A stretch of DNA of 64,000 bases from Marsupella aquatica (taxonomy: Eukaryota; Plantae; Marchantiophyta): contig OZ316895.1 of assembly GCA_973895155.1 (NCBI GenBank), positions 15,630,816 through 15,694,815 on the forward strand. Reading direction: 5' to 3'. Below, in pieces: positions 36,833-50,030 of the stretch (the stretch's first letter is position 1; the number at the start of each line of letters is the position of its first letter). The notes under the pieces were generated by a model. The model did no database searches. It worked only from the letters and a program-made list of their open reading frames with translations, and was not told the origin of the DNA. A program made the position numbers and the translations under genes.

Positions 36833-37010
36833 GAGACCCGACGAACTAACTCATAAACTCACCATCATGCTCGAAGCGGCCCCGGTCGCTCCGTAGAAGA
36901 TCCCAGCCGTTACTTAAAACCATCGACGGACGAAAAATCCTCGAGGAGACCCGACGAACTAACTCATAAACTCACCATCATGCTCGAGGTCGCTCGTTAG
37001 AAGATCCCAA
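36833..37010. repeat. Direct duplication (~113-bp period) upstream of the HMA gene
   Basis: GAGACCCGACGAACTAACTCATAAACTCACCATCATGCTCGA identical at ~36833 and ~36946. Confidence 0.85.
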
Positions 37011-39551
37011 CTGTCGCTTCAGATCATCGACGGCTGAAAAGCCTCCGCTGGTCCGTGGATGCCTCGTCATTCAGTGCTGGCGGTTCCTCTCGCTGCTTCC
37101 GCGGCCGTCGGATTTCTCTGCCGTCAGGTGACGGTGAGGGTGTTGCATTCCACATTTCGCCTTGTGGCACCCGAATTCCGTGACTGGCCGAGCTGACATG
37201 GTAAACGAATGGAGTCGGATGAAACACCGTAATCTGAGGAGAAGAGGGACCAATTACCAAACAGGGCCAAAAGAACAATAATAGACTGATCACCAAAGGT
37301 CATGACTGTTTTTGTGCAGTTTTAACAATAAGTTTTCAATAAAACTGTCTGGATGTTCTTGTAAATTCCCGGTCTCATTACAGACTAATCGTTTGTTCCA
37401 TAAAGATTAAGCCATGATTCATGATTATTCTATCCTCCACCCCGCTCATCAAGAAGTTATGATTATTTGACCAGGGAGGTGGTGTGTAGTGTCATTTTTT
37501 TAATTTACCAAATTTCTTATTTAGCTGCTGATTCTGCGAAATCCGAGCTACAGGAAAACAAATCAAGACATACTCTCTGCCCTGGGACCTGCAGACAGCA
37601 CAAATATAAGAAGGCAGGGTACAAGGCCAAGAAAAGCAAACAAGGGTCACTAAGCAGGTTTTAAAAATTTGCAGATTAAATGAAAAAGAGTAAAACCTGG
37701 GGCTGTCATGAGATTTGTAAACGTCTCCTTCTGGTCACGGTCTCTCCTTCAGACGAGCTCATGAACGGCCCCTGGCACCTGTCATCGTTTACACCCGTTA
37801 CATGTCTCAGGTGTCAGGCTCTGGCCTGACACCTGAATGTGACCAGTTTTACACCTCACTACAGCACTGTAAGTAAGGTACAGTACCTTCACAGACCCTT
37901 TCTCTGTTGTGACTAAAGGACAGTAGTGGCTTGTAAATCCGCTATTACATCCTACAAGTAACCCCTACAAGTAACCTTCACCACGATGCATTATCAACGG
38001 AGGTTATACAGTAATTTTAGGGTAATTTTCTTTGAATTCTTTGTTTCTCAATTCTGCTAATTCGACCTGAACCTCTATAATACTGGTGGCACCCATGTTA
38101 ACATCCGAGTAATGTCCAGTAAACGAGAAGCATCGATGATTTGTTGGAAATTACGGTCGCCTTAATTTCAATTACTAGTGGTTAATCACCACAGTACCTT
38201 AAACTCTGACATGGGGAGAGTGAATGAGTGATTAGTAAAACTGGTTGCTGTACTACCAATTAAGAACGGGCTGCTGGTTGGAACTCAGTATCACGTAAAT
38301 AAACAGTCATCGATTGATCCTCGCTGGAAGACAAGTGCAAGAAGATAGATTTGTAGCGCTCAACGACGCCAACGAAGAGTGTACGAAACGAGGGCCCCGA
38401 CCGTAATTAAGTATAGTGCTCCATCACATTTTCTGATTTTCCCGTTGCCGAAGCACAACTGCCACTCCACACTCAGTGACATGCCCTATTGCCATGCTCC
38501 CCAGGCCCCCCAGCCCACAGCTGCGGTGGACTCACTCGAGTACATTCATCTGTCTTGATTACATCCTGTACAGTTAGACTCTGTACAACACTACAACGAG
38601 CAGTTCAGCAACCCTCCACATTCGAGGCATTTATCATTTTATCTGAATTCTGATAGCATCATAGCAATGAAACCTCCTTGATAGATTTCGTGCAGGTTTT
38701 CTCGCAGCTCCATAATGAGCTGGGCAATCGAAGGACGGTTAACGTACACCAACTAAATTACTAAAGACTATTACTATCATCGTCGACCCGCGGCTCTAGT
38801 ACATTCTTGTGAGAACCTTGAAGGTAAGATATAATGGGTGAGTGGAAACATCCACATCCAGCCCCTTCTGTATACCCGATCGGGAAAAACTTCGAGCCAA
38901 CATAAAGTTAATCTTCCTTCGTCATTTCAGAGTTCCTTGTACTTCGAGCAACGGTCACTACCGTAGTCCTTCGACACGATGATTTCACCACGACTGTATT
39001 CAATTGATCCCCCAGAACAAACTTCTGCTGTGATGGAGTTGGGAATGTAGACAGCTGGATCTTGGTTGGTGTCAAATTGGATCAATGTTGGTGTCAAATT
39101 TGAGATGGCGGACTCCAGTGATCCAGTCATTCTTGATGACTGAATAATCCCTGGCAGCGGAAAGGACAGCTTGTCAAGTAAATCCAACTTAGCAAGACAA
39201 TCTCGAAGTGCAACATGAACTCAAGACTCTTCACATTCTCTCCCAGTTCATTATTTTGCCTGCAACGAACCGTAGTTCTTTGAGTACTGTCTTTCCAGAC
39301 TTTCCAATTGGGGCAGAGTGTCAAGCGTATCTGCCTGTATAGAAATGGATCAGATCTCTTTCTTTACATCTTGATTAGAGATAATTATGACATGCTGAAC
39401 GAAGTGACCCCAAAAGAACCAGTGCTTCCCTTACGCAAAAACTCTGACCCTGTTCCACCACATAAAAAAAGGTTGCTATACTAGTCGAGGCTCGGAATAA
39501 CTGCACTCGAACTAAATCCTCCTAGTGCCGACCGATTTGATGACGCCTTTT

Positions 39552-42500
39552 TTTTTTGCCTTGAAAAAACCAAGTGAATTCCATTCAAATAGTCAACATA
39601 CAAAGAGAAGGGGGGCACCAAAAAGGGCCACACCCAAGAGGACCTAGGGTCGATGTGCTAAAAAGACCGGTGGAGCCGTGCCAGGGGAGAAGCTGAGCCT
39701 CATAAAGGGACAACTAAACAAGTAATTTAGGTACTACAGCGGGAGCAGCACACTCCTAAGACCGGCCAGTGATCAGGTCCCGGCGAGGTTCCATCCAGTG
39801 GGTCCGTGAGAGAAGGTAAGTTATATCAGTCTAATATGTAGTGCAGCTACACACCTGTTGTAAACTAGACGTTCAGGGTGGACGGGGGGGAACCAGTGGG
39901 ATCTGCAAGACCTCCTCATGTAGCTTCCAAAGTCCAGCCCAGGTACCATAGTCAAAAGAGAAACCATTGTAGGCCTCGCCCAAGGTGGATTTCCTTGTTC
40001 TAATCCTAGTTCGGTGTCTAGCCCAGTCGCGCCGAAGGTAGATCCCCAAACGATGCCATGATTTCTGAATAACCCCCTGGGGATTTGGCTGAGTGTGTTC
40101 AATGAAGTGCAAGCTTCTGTCCTTCCAGATATTCTAGCAGATGATTGCTCTGAGAGTGTGCCACAGTTTCTCTGGGATGTCCCACTCTTCCACGAACTGC
40201 TCTCCGACGAGTATGTGGGTTGCATGCAATTGAATCGGGGGATTGCGGGAAAGGGCAACATGCTGTAATAGGAACCGTACCCATTGCCATACCACTTGAG
40301 AGCTCGGGTAGCCCCAGATGCAGTGAAAGATATCTTCTTGTTGTCCAGATTGCATCGGGTGCACCAGGTGTCGGGGTCTGATGGGGGTAGCCGGGGGGTA
40401 GTGCCGGGAACCTCCAATGTTGTGTGGCAGGAATTCGGTAGATTAATTGCTAGAGGTAGCAGTTCTCGCTAGCGGCCCTGTAGGGTAACCAGGTGTTCTT
40501 CCAAAGCAAATCCGGATCAGGGCACCAACTTAGCGAAGCCGCCCACTTGTGGACTACTCTGTGGGTGGTAGATTGCTGCGGACCCTGGATCCTCCTAAGG
40601 TGGGCAGTGCTTGTGTCCATAAAGGACATCCCATCCCTCCACTCATATTGTAGTAGTGGTGAAAGCAAGTTCATGGGCCGCCCAATGCGCTGATGAGCTG
40701 ATGTAACACCCCCGGAGATTCTAACCACCACCCGATGGAGTAGAGTGTTGTTGGGTGGGGCTGAATTCTCAGATTTGAGAAGGAGACCATTGGTTACCTT
40801 GAAAGTCCTCCTAGGTGTGGAGATGTCGTGAAATTGTTGCCATTGCAATGTAATCTGATTCCTCTGAATGTGGTATTCCCAGATGCGTAAGCTGCCGTTG
40901 GGTAGTGTAGCTTCCATGAAAATTGGGACCAATTGGTGAGGGTCGCTATGTAGCCCTGAAACACTTCTCAGGTTTCCAATCAGCTTCCGGTAAGCAGTAG
41001 CACAATTTCCAGGGAGTACAACGTTAGGACCCTCCTCCCATTGTAAAAATTGACCATCTCCCTTGATGACATCTTTCATGAACACAAATCCAGCCCTCTG
41101 TAGTTTACGTTGAGGATTACTGCTGCACTTCGCCAGACGGGGGTCAATGTGAATGATGTGCGGTCTCCACAAAGGAAGGTCTCTCCATCCCTCCAGGTGA
41201 CCTGGTGGAGAGGGTCGCAGGTTCTTCTTGATGACGTTCCAGCTTGTGCAGATGTTGAGCCAGACCTTGGAGCCATCCTTCGGTAAAGTGTGGCACTGAG
41301 AGAAGACCCAGGTAAAATCCTCAGATCCCCACTTCTGCTTCGATAGTTGTTTCATCTGATGTTGTAAAATGCACCGTAAGGGGTGGTCACCCTCTGCAAG
41401 AGCCCAAATGATGAAATTCCCAGCCAGTGCCCGGAATTGTGCAGCAAGCAAAATGAGACCCAGCCCACCAAATTCCTTGGGTCGGGTGATGGTAGCAAAA
41501 TTCACTCTGCATCTAGCCTTATTATTCTGACCAGCCCAGATAAATGTTGTGATCTTCTTCTGAAGGGCATCTATGGTGCTTTGTTGACCTGCCCACACTG
41601 TTAGCATGAACCACAATGTGCTCATAACAAGGTGATTAGCTACCGTGATCCGGGCAATCAGAGAGCCAGAGCTCTTGCGGATCTTGTCAAGCTTGGATTA
41701 TAGTTTCTCTGTCAAAGACATTACCATCTGTTGCTCATAGATGCATTGAGCAATGGGGATTTCGAGTAGCTTTGTGGCTGAGGCCTCGTCTTCCCATTTC
41801 CATGGTAGACGTCTAAACTCCACTAGTATTCGTCTGGGTGAGATGAATGCAGCCCTGGTTTTCTCCCATGTGCAAAACAGTCCCGACGCCATGCCAAACT
41901 GGTCAAGCATCACCTTGCACTTGTCCACAAAAGTCATCACAGCATGAGTGAGCATGGCAAGATCATCTGCGTACAAGTTGTGAACATTGTGTATCGCCAC
42001 TGGGAGAATCTCCATGCCTTGAAGGTTACCGTGCCCGACTTCCCAGTGGATAATCCTGCTTAGTGCATCAATTGCAACCAAAAAAAGGAGGGGGGATAGG
42101 GGACATCCCTGCCTAACCAATCTGGCAAGCTCGAATGGAGTGGCCATCTTGCCGTTCAGTAGGACTGCCGATGAGGCAGAGGCAAGAGTGGCCCGAAGGA
42201 ATTGCATGAGGAGTCCGTTGAATCCAACCTTCTCCATGAGAGTGAGGAGAAAATGCCATTCAAGCTTATCGAAAGCTTTGGTAACATCCAATTTCATGAG
42301 AATGTAGTCAAGCCCCAACAGCTCAGCGTGGTGAAGCATTTCGTTCAACAGCATGAGAGAGTGGTGGATGTTACGACCTGGAAGAAAAGCAAATTGCTGA
42401 GGTGAGATGAACCTTTGGAGGACTGGCGTGAGTCGCAGTTAAATGCCTTGGCCCCGATCTTGTAAGCCACATTCAAGAGAGTAATGGGGCGTTTGTTCGC

Positions 42501-43931
42501 AAGGTACCTTTGATCATTCTTCTTTTGCAAGAGGATGATGAAGCCCCGGGTGAAATCTGAGGTAAAGAGGCCTTCCGTCATTCCTTTCGTGATTGCCCGG
42601 TGCACCGAGGGACCAACCGTGTCCTAGTGTGCAACAAAGAATTCGATCGGAATCCTGTCAGGTCCTGGGCACTTGTGGTGTGCCAACTCGCTAGCGGCCT
42701 TACCTAGCTCCTCCACCGTAAGGGGGGTATTCAGCGCATCCCGATATTCTTGAGTGATTCGTTGACTTTGCTTCTCCAGTACCTGCGTCAGCTGCTCCCA
42801 ATGGATGTCGTCTGAACTGCCAAGAATTGTTTTGTAGAAATTGGTGGTCGTCGTTGCCAGGTCTTGCCAATCACTAACCAAGCGGTCATTCTGGTCAAAC
42901 AATTGAGTGATTTCCTTGTTCATGGCCATCCCCTTGAAAGACCTAAAAAAGAGCTTTGAGCATTTATCGCCTTCCCCGATCCAGCGGGACCGTAAAATGT
43001 AATCCATCCAACAAACCTTTTCAGATTCAAATTTGTGCAATCTTGCTTGTGCTTCTTTCACCTGAGCTTGACTTTCAGCATTTTGTGGATCCCCCTCAAG
43101 TTGTAATTGTGCGGCTTTGAGAATTGCTCTGAGTGACGTTTCTTGCATCCTGCGTTCTGCCGCCTTCCATTTTCCCCAACTTCTATCAATTTTCCTGGCC
43201 TTCCTTAGGCAACGAGTAAGGATTGTAGCTTCCGTCAGCCCCTGCGCAATACCTAAGGCTTCTTCTCTTACCCACATTTGTTTGATGCATTCCTTGTAGT
43301 CCCCCTGCTCCTGATGACTAACGTTCATTCTGTGTTGCGAGTGCCGCTTGACTATCAAGGACTGAGTGATAGTGGAAATCACGGGGGCATGATCGGACAT
43401 GGGAATTCCGGGCAGGATGGTGGAGGAGATTTCAAATTTACCATTGTAGTCCCCCTTGGAGGAATATATCCTATCAAGCCTGCGCAAGACCCTATCCCCA
43501 ATTGATTGGGACTCCTGAATTGAGGGCGCATGTCGGAAGTGTTTCTTATTGTCCCAACTGAATCTGAGATGCCATGGCTGCACCTGGAAGGAGTCCATTA
43601 AGTGTAATCGCCTTTTGAGATGTCGCCAGGCACGCGCCTCACTACCTGCGATGATAGTGCCAGATCCCCCCTTCTGATCTGCAGCCTGTTTGATCATGTT
43701 GAAGTCCCCCATTAGGATCCAGGTGAAAGAGGAATCCAACCGATTGAAAAGCTCCCTCCATAGTTCTGTCCTATCACGAGCTGAATTGGGTGCATACACC
43801 CCGAGAAACCCCACCTTGCCAAGCCTATCATTCACAATACAGCACCAAACAGCACGTCCGCTCGAGAGAACACCCTCTGAAACCACCATAGGGCATAGAT
43901 GTTGATTAATGGCCAATGCCAGGCCGCCCAA
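39552..43931 (-). mobile_element. 5'-truncated L1-like LINE (ORF2: APE, RT, C-terminal Cys/His), defective
   Basis: APE GVYAPN, GDFN, RLDRIY, SDHAPV; RT RPITLLNVAYK, LDVTKAFD, RQGCPLSP, YADD; C-terminal CTRC; poly(A) tail seen as T10 at 39548-39557; TSD ATTTGATGACGCCTTTT at 39535-39551 and 43932-43948. Confidence 0.95.
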
Positions 43932-46900
43932 ATTTGATGACGCCTTTTGTTCCTTGAAAATATCTTTTATTTGAGAGTAAAAACACATATGATATCGTGG
44001 ATTGTTATAATCCTCACCCTCCATTCAGTAAAGGCATGCTTTCTGATGATCTAATAGTTTTCTGCATTGACAATGTTCCTTCATCACGAATGTTGCAGTT
44101 TAGTGGTACTAGCCCTGCCATAGATTCTTTGAAATATAATTCTCCATACAAGGCTTTTTCATTAACTGTTACTTAGATTTATAACAAAGATCTGGTAGTA
44201 ATTCTTTTAGCCCCGAGACACTATATTTAGTGTGTGCAATGGCTCTCTAGTTTGCTTTGGTGAAAAAAACTCCCGAGTGCCCCCAACTTCTTAAAGTCCT
44301 CATTAGTGACATAAAGAAATTGAAGCCTGATCAAGAAGTGCACATGGCTACTTTACGTTGATGAAGCTTACCGGCTGGAATGGATAGAATACAGTCTGTA
44401 GCAGGTGTCCACTCACTTACAGATCATATTTGAGTGAGAACAGTAAACAGTATTACCAGAGTTAAATGTGATTAAACATCAAGGTCCATCTGGGTTGCAT
44501 AAATTGATGGGAGCATTGTGACAAACCTGAAGGTCCATCTGGGCTTCATCTTCCATGGGAGTACTGTTACATAAAAATAAAATACAGAAATGAGTACTAT
44601 TCCATGGACTGTAGCATAAGAGTACCAATACCAAGGGAATGTTTTGCATGGACTCTTACCATGAATAATATATTCTTTGTTTTCAATAAAATGCAACTAC
44701 CATTAGATATTTTTCATTTGGGATCCCCCATTTAATCATTGTCCTTTCATGTCCATATTCAACCCGTTCCAATATACAATTATATCTAGCTCAAACTTGT
44801 TGAATATCGTCAACCTGGCTTACATAACTAAGGGGTCCTTTAATTAATGATTTCAGTTTCATTTGAACATTTTAATTCATTTATGTTCCCCTTTCTTTCA
44901 CGTGGCAATCTCCCTTGTCACACGGGCCTCAAGGGAGCATTTTACTTCATCTGGAAGCTTCCCTATCACCTAGCAATGTCCCATGTCACCCTCTCTTTCT
45001 CCATGCCAACAGGGACAACAATATTGTTGGTATAGTGCCCTCACTTCACTTCAATCACACCTGTCACTATAAAAGCCTCATCCATGTCTCACTACTCACC
45101 ATAAAAGGTGGAACGCTAGCACCTTTTGTGGAATACTTGCCAAAAAAAGGTTTTGCAGTCAACAACTTTTGTGATGCTCAAAATTCATTCTTGAACAATT
45201 TCTCTTTACAATGAGAGTTACTGGTTACCCATAGCCCTTTATAGGGGCAGGTGTGGTTTAAGAACTTTTAGATCCTGTCCTTGTGCTATGATCGTAGCTC
45301 TTAACTTTACAACAAGTTACACAGTCGCGAACTCGACTACCTTAACACTTAGCTCCGACATCGCTGACTCCGACGCCGAGCTCCCTTAATATGGTCCAGG
45401 CCTGGATAGGCCATCTAGGGAGGACTTAGCATGGGGAGACACACACTGAGGACTTAGACGAGCTAAGGGCTGGTCGGGTCAAGAGAGAAAAGGGCCGGGC
45501 TCAAGGTTGACCATCCGGATCCCCGGACGGACTTTGAATTCTGAGGGCTTGAGTGAAATTGTGGAGCTAAATCTCACCTAGAGAAGAACAATGTGAAAAA
45601 AGAAGAAATCTTGGACACGTCTCCTTTTATATGTCCAATGGTGGGTTAAGGCCAATTGAACCATGAAAAAAAATTAAAAATTTCAGCAAACAGTCAAAAT
45701 GAGTAAAAAATTAACACCACATCTCTTAAATGTCGTAAATAATTTAGCTATGACAGATTTCATATCCTTACTTTAAAAATAATGTAAATAATGATACATC
45801 AGAGTTGTTTTACATCTTAATGCCCTTCATTTTTACAGGCATTATATTCCATAATCCACTCTAAATAGGACTTGCCCTCTAAACAGGAATCTAGTGTATA
45901 CAAAATGTCATATTATGAAACTGCTATATGGTGAATCTTTGGTCTAGTATTTTGATTTTAATGTGCTTGAACAAGGTGAATCATTTGTATTAATTTGATT
46001 TTGAATTGAGTTTTGGACCCCTTTTACATGTATTTACTTCTCTATCATAAAATAAATAAAATGAATTCCATATCAGTGATTGATAGACATGCTATATACA
46101 AAATGCTTGGAATATTTCTAAAATTAAGAAGCATTGTAATTTGTTTTCCAAATTTGACTAAACTCTACCGTAAGTGTTGCCGCTTGCACGAACCTGATCG
46201 TCTCGTGAGGGACAAGCTTTCCAGGACTCCAAGTCCGCCGTAGTCGTAGCGAGCAAGGGGGAAGTGAAATTCGATGATATCTTCAATTATCTAAACGGAT
46301 GTTGCAACTTTTGAGGTCGAACGATTGGGATTCGCAAGCGATTGAATTGAAGACAGGAAGAGACGTGGTTGTTCACTGATGACGAAGTGGTGATTTGGAA
46401 ACATGCTCGAGGCACGATGGAGGGGTTTTTGTCTGGACAGCGAAATTTTTTGCAGGGGGAACAGAGGTGAAGATCTGTGAGAACCAGAAACCCTAGACAA
46501 TTGAAAGAGGTCCGGGCCACGAGGAGACTGGAGTGGAGCAGTAGCAGAAATAGATCACTTGATAATCAGCGGGAAGTCTAGTTCAGTCGGGGCATAGAAC
46601 GCATATGTGCAGTACCGTTGGTGCGAGATCGTTGCCTCTCGTCGTGCTCTCTCCTTTTCATACTCAGTCTTGGAGAGCGCTCGTTTGATTCTTCAATTCT
46701 TTTGCAAAAATATTAGCTCTATTAATCTACAATTTGTGTCGTTCCAGTCGATTGCAACTAGATCGAAGCATTTTCTGGAGCTCTTGCAGAGCTTGTTTTC
46801 GTTTGCTACTACGTCTGCGTTAAGTTTTCAAAATCAGCACAGAAATGTTAGCTTTACAAACACTGTGTCTGGGGATGGGCTTGTTGAGCTTTCAGTGAAC

Positions 46901-47227
46901 TTTGAATTTGACGTGCAAGTTTTTTTGTGATGATGGCTCCTGCAGCTCACTTGATCGTCTCTGCGGCATCTGGGACTTCCGGTTAATCTGGTCTGAAGAG
47001 CAACAGAAGAAATTAAGAACCTCGCCCGGTTTCTCCCCCTGTCCAGTGCGATTTGTCCCTGCGGACGGACGGACAACAATTTTGTGACGGAGAGCCCTCA
47101 CTTCGCTCGGGAATTCTTTTGATTACTCCCACGAAGTTCGAATTGAAGTAATTAGGGTTGGGGCTCGGGAATATTTTCGATTGTTGACAGGAAGTTTGAA
47201 TTGAAGTGACTCAGGGTTGGGAAAGGG

Positions 47228-48472
47228 ATGGGGAAGAATGAGTTTCTCACACCGAAGGCGATTGCCAACAGAATCAAAGCCAAAGGGCTGCAGAAGCTGC
47301 GATGGTATTGCCAAATGTGTCAAAAGCAGTGCCGTGACGAGAACGGCTTCAAGTGCCACTGCATGTCGGAGAGCCACCAGCGCCAGATGGAAGTATTCGG
47401 TCAGAATCCAGACCGAGTCGTGGAAGGGTACTCCGAGGAATTTGAGGAGCAGTTCCTTGAGCACGTGAAGCGGACTCACAGATTCAGCCGTGTAGCAGCC
47501 ACTGTAGTGTACAATGAGTACATCGCCAATCGCCACCATGTACACATGAATTCCACAAATTGGGCCACTCTCACGGATTTTATCAAATACTTAGGGCGCA
47601 CGGGAAAGTGCAAGGTTGAGGAAACTCCCAAAGGATGGTTTATGACTTACATCGACAGAGAGCCTGAGACTCTGCTGAAAGAGAGTTTGAAGAACAAGAG
47701 GCAGAGGGCAGAGCTCGCAGACGAGGAGAGGCAGGAGAGAGCGATTGCCGACCAAATCGAGAGAGCGGGCAAGACTGCTAAGCTTGATGATGGTCATGAG
47801 GATGTCCAACCGGATATTCTTCACAGAGATGAAGGCGAGGAGAAAGTTGCTTTCTCTCTGGGCGCCTCGTCCCTAAAACCAAATGCAGGGCAGAATGGGA
47901 ACGGGATTCCGAGACCTCCCAAGCCCAGTGTATTTGAATCCGGGGAAGTAGATGAGACCACGGAGACAAGGGGGACAAAGTTTTCGAATGGGAGTGGAGG
48001 GAGAAATTTGGGAGAGAACGGGAAACATCGACAAAAAGACAGTGCAGCTGACGCCCTAGGGCAGATCATGAGGGAGCAGGAGCAGGCCAAGGAAAAGGTG
48101 AATAGGAAAGATTTCTGGCTTTGTGAGGGGCTAATTGTAAAAGTTATGAGCAAGGTTTTAGCTGATAAGGGTTATTACAAGCAGAAGGGTGCTGTGATTC
48201 GCGTTATTGGTAAATATGTAGGAGAGATTAAGATGCTGGACAGTGGAGACATTCTCAAAGTAGACCAAGAGGAGCTCGAGACTGTCCTTCCACAGATAGG
48301 GGGCATAGTAAGGATTGTCAATGGTGCCTACAGGGATAACAATGCTAGGCTGATCTCTATTGACACCAGAAAATTTGCAGCCAGGGTTAGATTAGAAAAA
48401 GGGAAATATGATGGCCGTGAAATTGCAGCCGTCGATTATGAAGATATTTGTAAGTTCACGTCGACTTCTTAA
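47228..48472 (+). CDS. KIN17: DNA/RNA-binding protein KIN17, 414 aa, intronless CDS
   Basis: KAKGLQKLRWYCQMCQKQCRDENGFKCHCMSESHQRQM zinc finger, HVHMNSTNWATL winged-helix region, C-terminal tandem SH3/KOW region (LETVLPQIG..VNGAYR). Confidence 0.98.
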   Translation: MGKNEFLTPKAIANRIKAKGLQKLRWYCQMCQKQCRDENGFKCHCMSESHQRQMEVFGQNPDRVVEGYSEEFEEQFLEHVKRTHRFSRVAATVVYNEYIANRHHVHMNSTNWATLTDFIKYLGRTGKCKVEETPKGWFMTYIDREPETLLKESLKNKRQRAELADEERQERAIADQIERAGKTAKLDDGHEDVQPDILHRDEGEEKVAFSLGASSLKPNAGQNGNGIPRPPKPSVFESGEVDETTETRGTKFSNGSGGRNLGENGKHRQKDSAADALGQIMREQEQAKEKVNRKDFWLCEGLIVKVMSKVLADKGYYKQKGAVIRVIGKYVGEIKMLDSGDILKVDQEELETVLPQIGGIVRIVNGAYRDNNARLISIDTRKFAARVRLEKGKYDGREIAAVDYEDICKFTSTS

Positions 48473-49814
48473 TTTCTGTATTTGTCGCCTCATCACTTCT
48501 GTCATTTTTTCTCATCGAGTTTCTTCCAACGTACTGGTGTGGGAATTCTCTCACCGAAGTGTGGAGCTAGTAACAAGCCTCATAACCCAAAGGTGACCCT
48601 GGTCTGTCCCTAGACTTCAATTCTACACAGGAGCTAACAGTGAAGGTCTTTTCTGTCGAAGAAACTACCAGACCTCAATCGAACGGTATTGAAAACTCAC
48701 TGTCTGTGTATATCCGCTCTTGCCCCACCCAACTTCTATGACAAAGTAGTGCAGGTGCCTCTTCACTCTGAAATGAAGACTACGAAATGATCGGGCTGAA
48801 ATTTATATTCAACGTGCTGGTGAATTCAGGGCAGATTGTGTGTCCGTCGGGCAAAGCCACAAGGTATATTCGCATCAATTCTAGGATTTCTGATTACGAG
48901 GGATCTGATGACAAACTCTGTTCTCCAAAATTGATATGTAGTGCTGTTTACTAGCCATACTAGTGATTTTTCTGCATTTTGGCTTTGATATGTTAGAGCG
49001 AATAAGATTTATCAGTAACTGTTCTTTCACGTCGCTCTATCTGTGTTGGTTATTTGTACTACGGGTAAAAGAACTTCCCATAGTCCTAATAAATAGGAAT
49101 ACATCTAATCAGCTCTAGGATCTTACCTAAACTTGACACTTGCCGATAACGAGGGAACAGCCAGGTCATCTGTACGAATGATTTGAAGTTGTCAGCATTG
49201 TGACTGTCTCATTGATTTCGAGAAGGTTGGAAGACTGAAGAGGAAATATGTGCGCAATCAACTGGGTCAGGTTGATCTATATCTGTTCATGATCTGGGCA
49301 TATCTTCTGGTTCTCTGGTCCCGCTATCTCCACCAATACTAAGTCTTTCCACAGAAAACATCTGTACTACAAAGTGGGGTATACTAATACGGTGAAGTAT
49401 CTTGAGATGCATAAGGATCAGTCACTTGCACAAATGCTCCCATTCCTTTTCTCCCAGATATATGTTTACTTCCGACATACAGGGCAGAATGTTTGTTTGT
49501 ATTCAAGCGGAACACTTTGTATACACACCAAAACTTGGAACAGAATCATTTACTATTTTGGGGGGGCGAGGCTGTTTGGTTTTAGGGCCTCTAGTCAGAT
49601 TCCTCTTCGGAACTCTCCTCTGGGGTTCACTCTCGAGCTCTACCAGGCTCTTCAGTTTGTTGCTCAGTAGAACTTAAGTTTGTTTTGCCTTTGTTTAGTA
49701 ACTCTTTGGCTCTTGGGCTTTTTAGCTCTTTGGTCTTCCCATGTGTTTCGTTTGTTTTCCACCCTTTATTTGGCTTCATGCCATAGGGATCCGGTCTTCC
49801 AGGATGGAGTTTGT

Positions 49815-50030
49815 GTTCTTTGAGACTGTTTTGTGTATGTATCATTCATATTTCGATGTAAATGAGATGGCGTTCTTTGACTGTGTTTTGTATATATCAT
49901 TCATATTTTCGATCTAAATGAGATTGGCGTCCAGCGGTTATGGATCCTTTTTTGTTCTTTGGCTGTTTAAATATATATCATTCATATTTTGACTTAAATG
50001 AGATCGGCGTCCAGCGACTATGGATCCTGT
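49815..50030. repeat. Three imperfect tandem copies of a ~55-75-bp unit
   Basis: TAT.TATCATTCATATTT.GA..TAAATGAGAT.GGCGT recurs three times. Confidence 0.75.
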
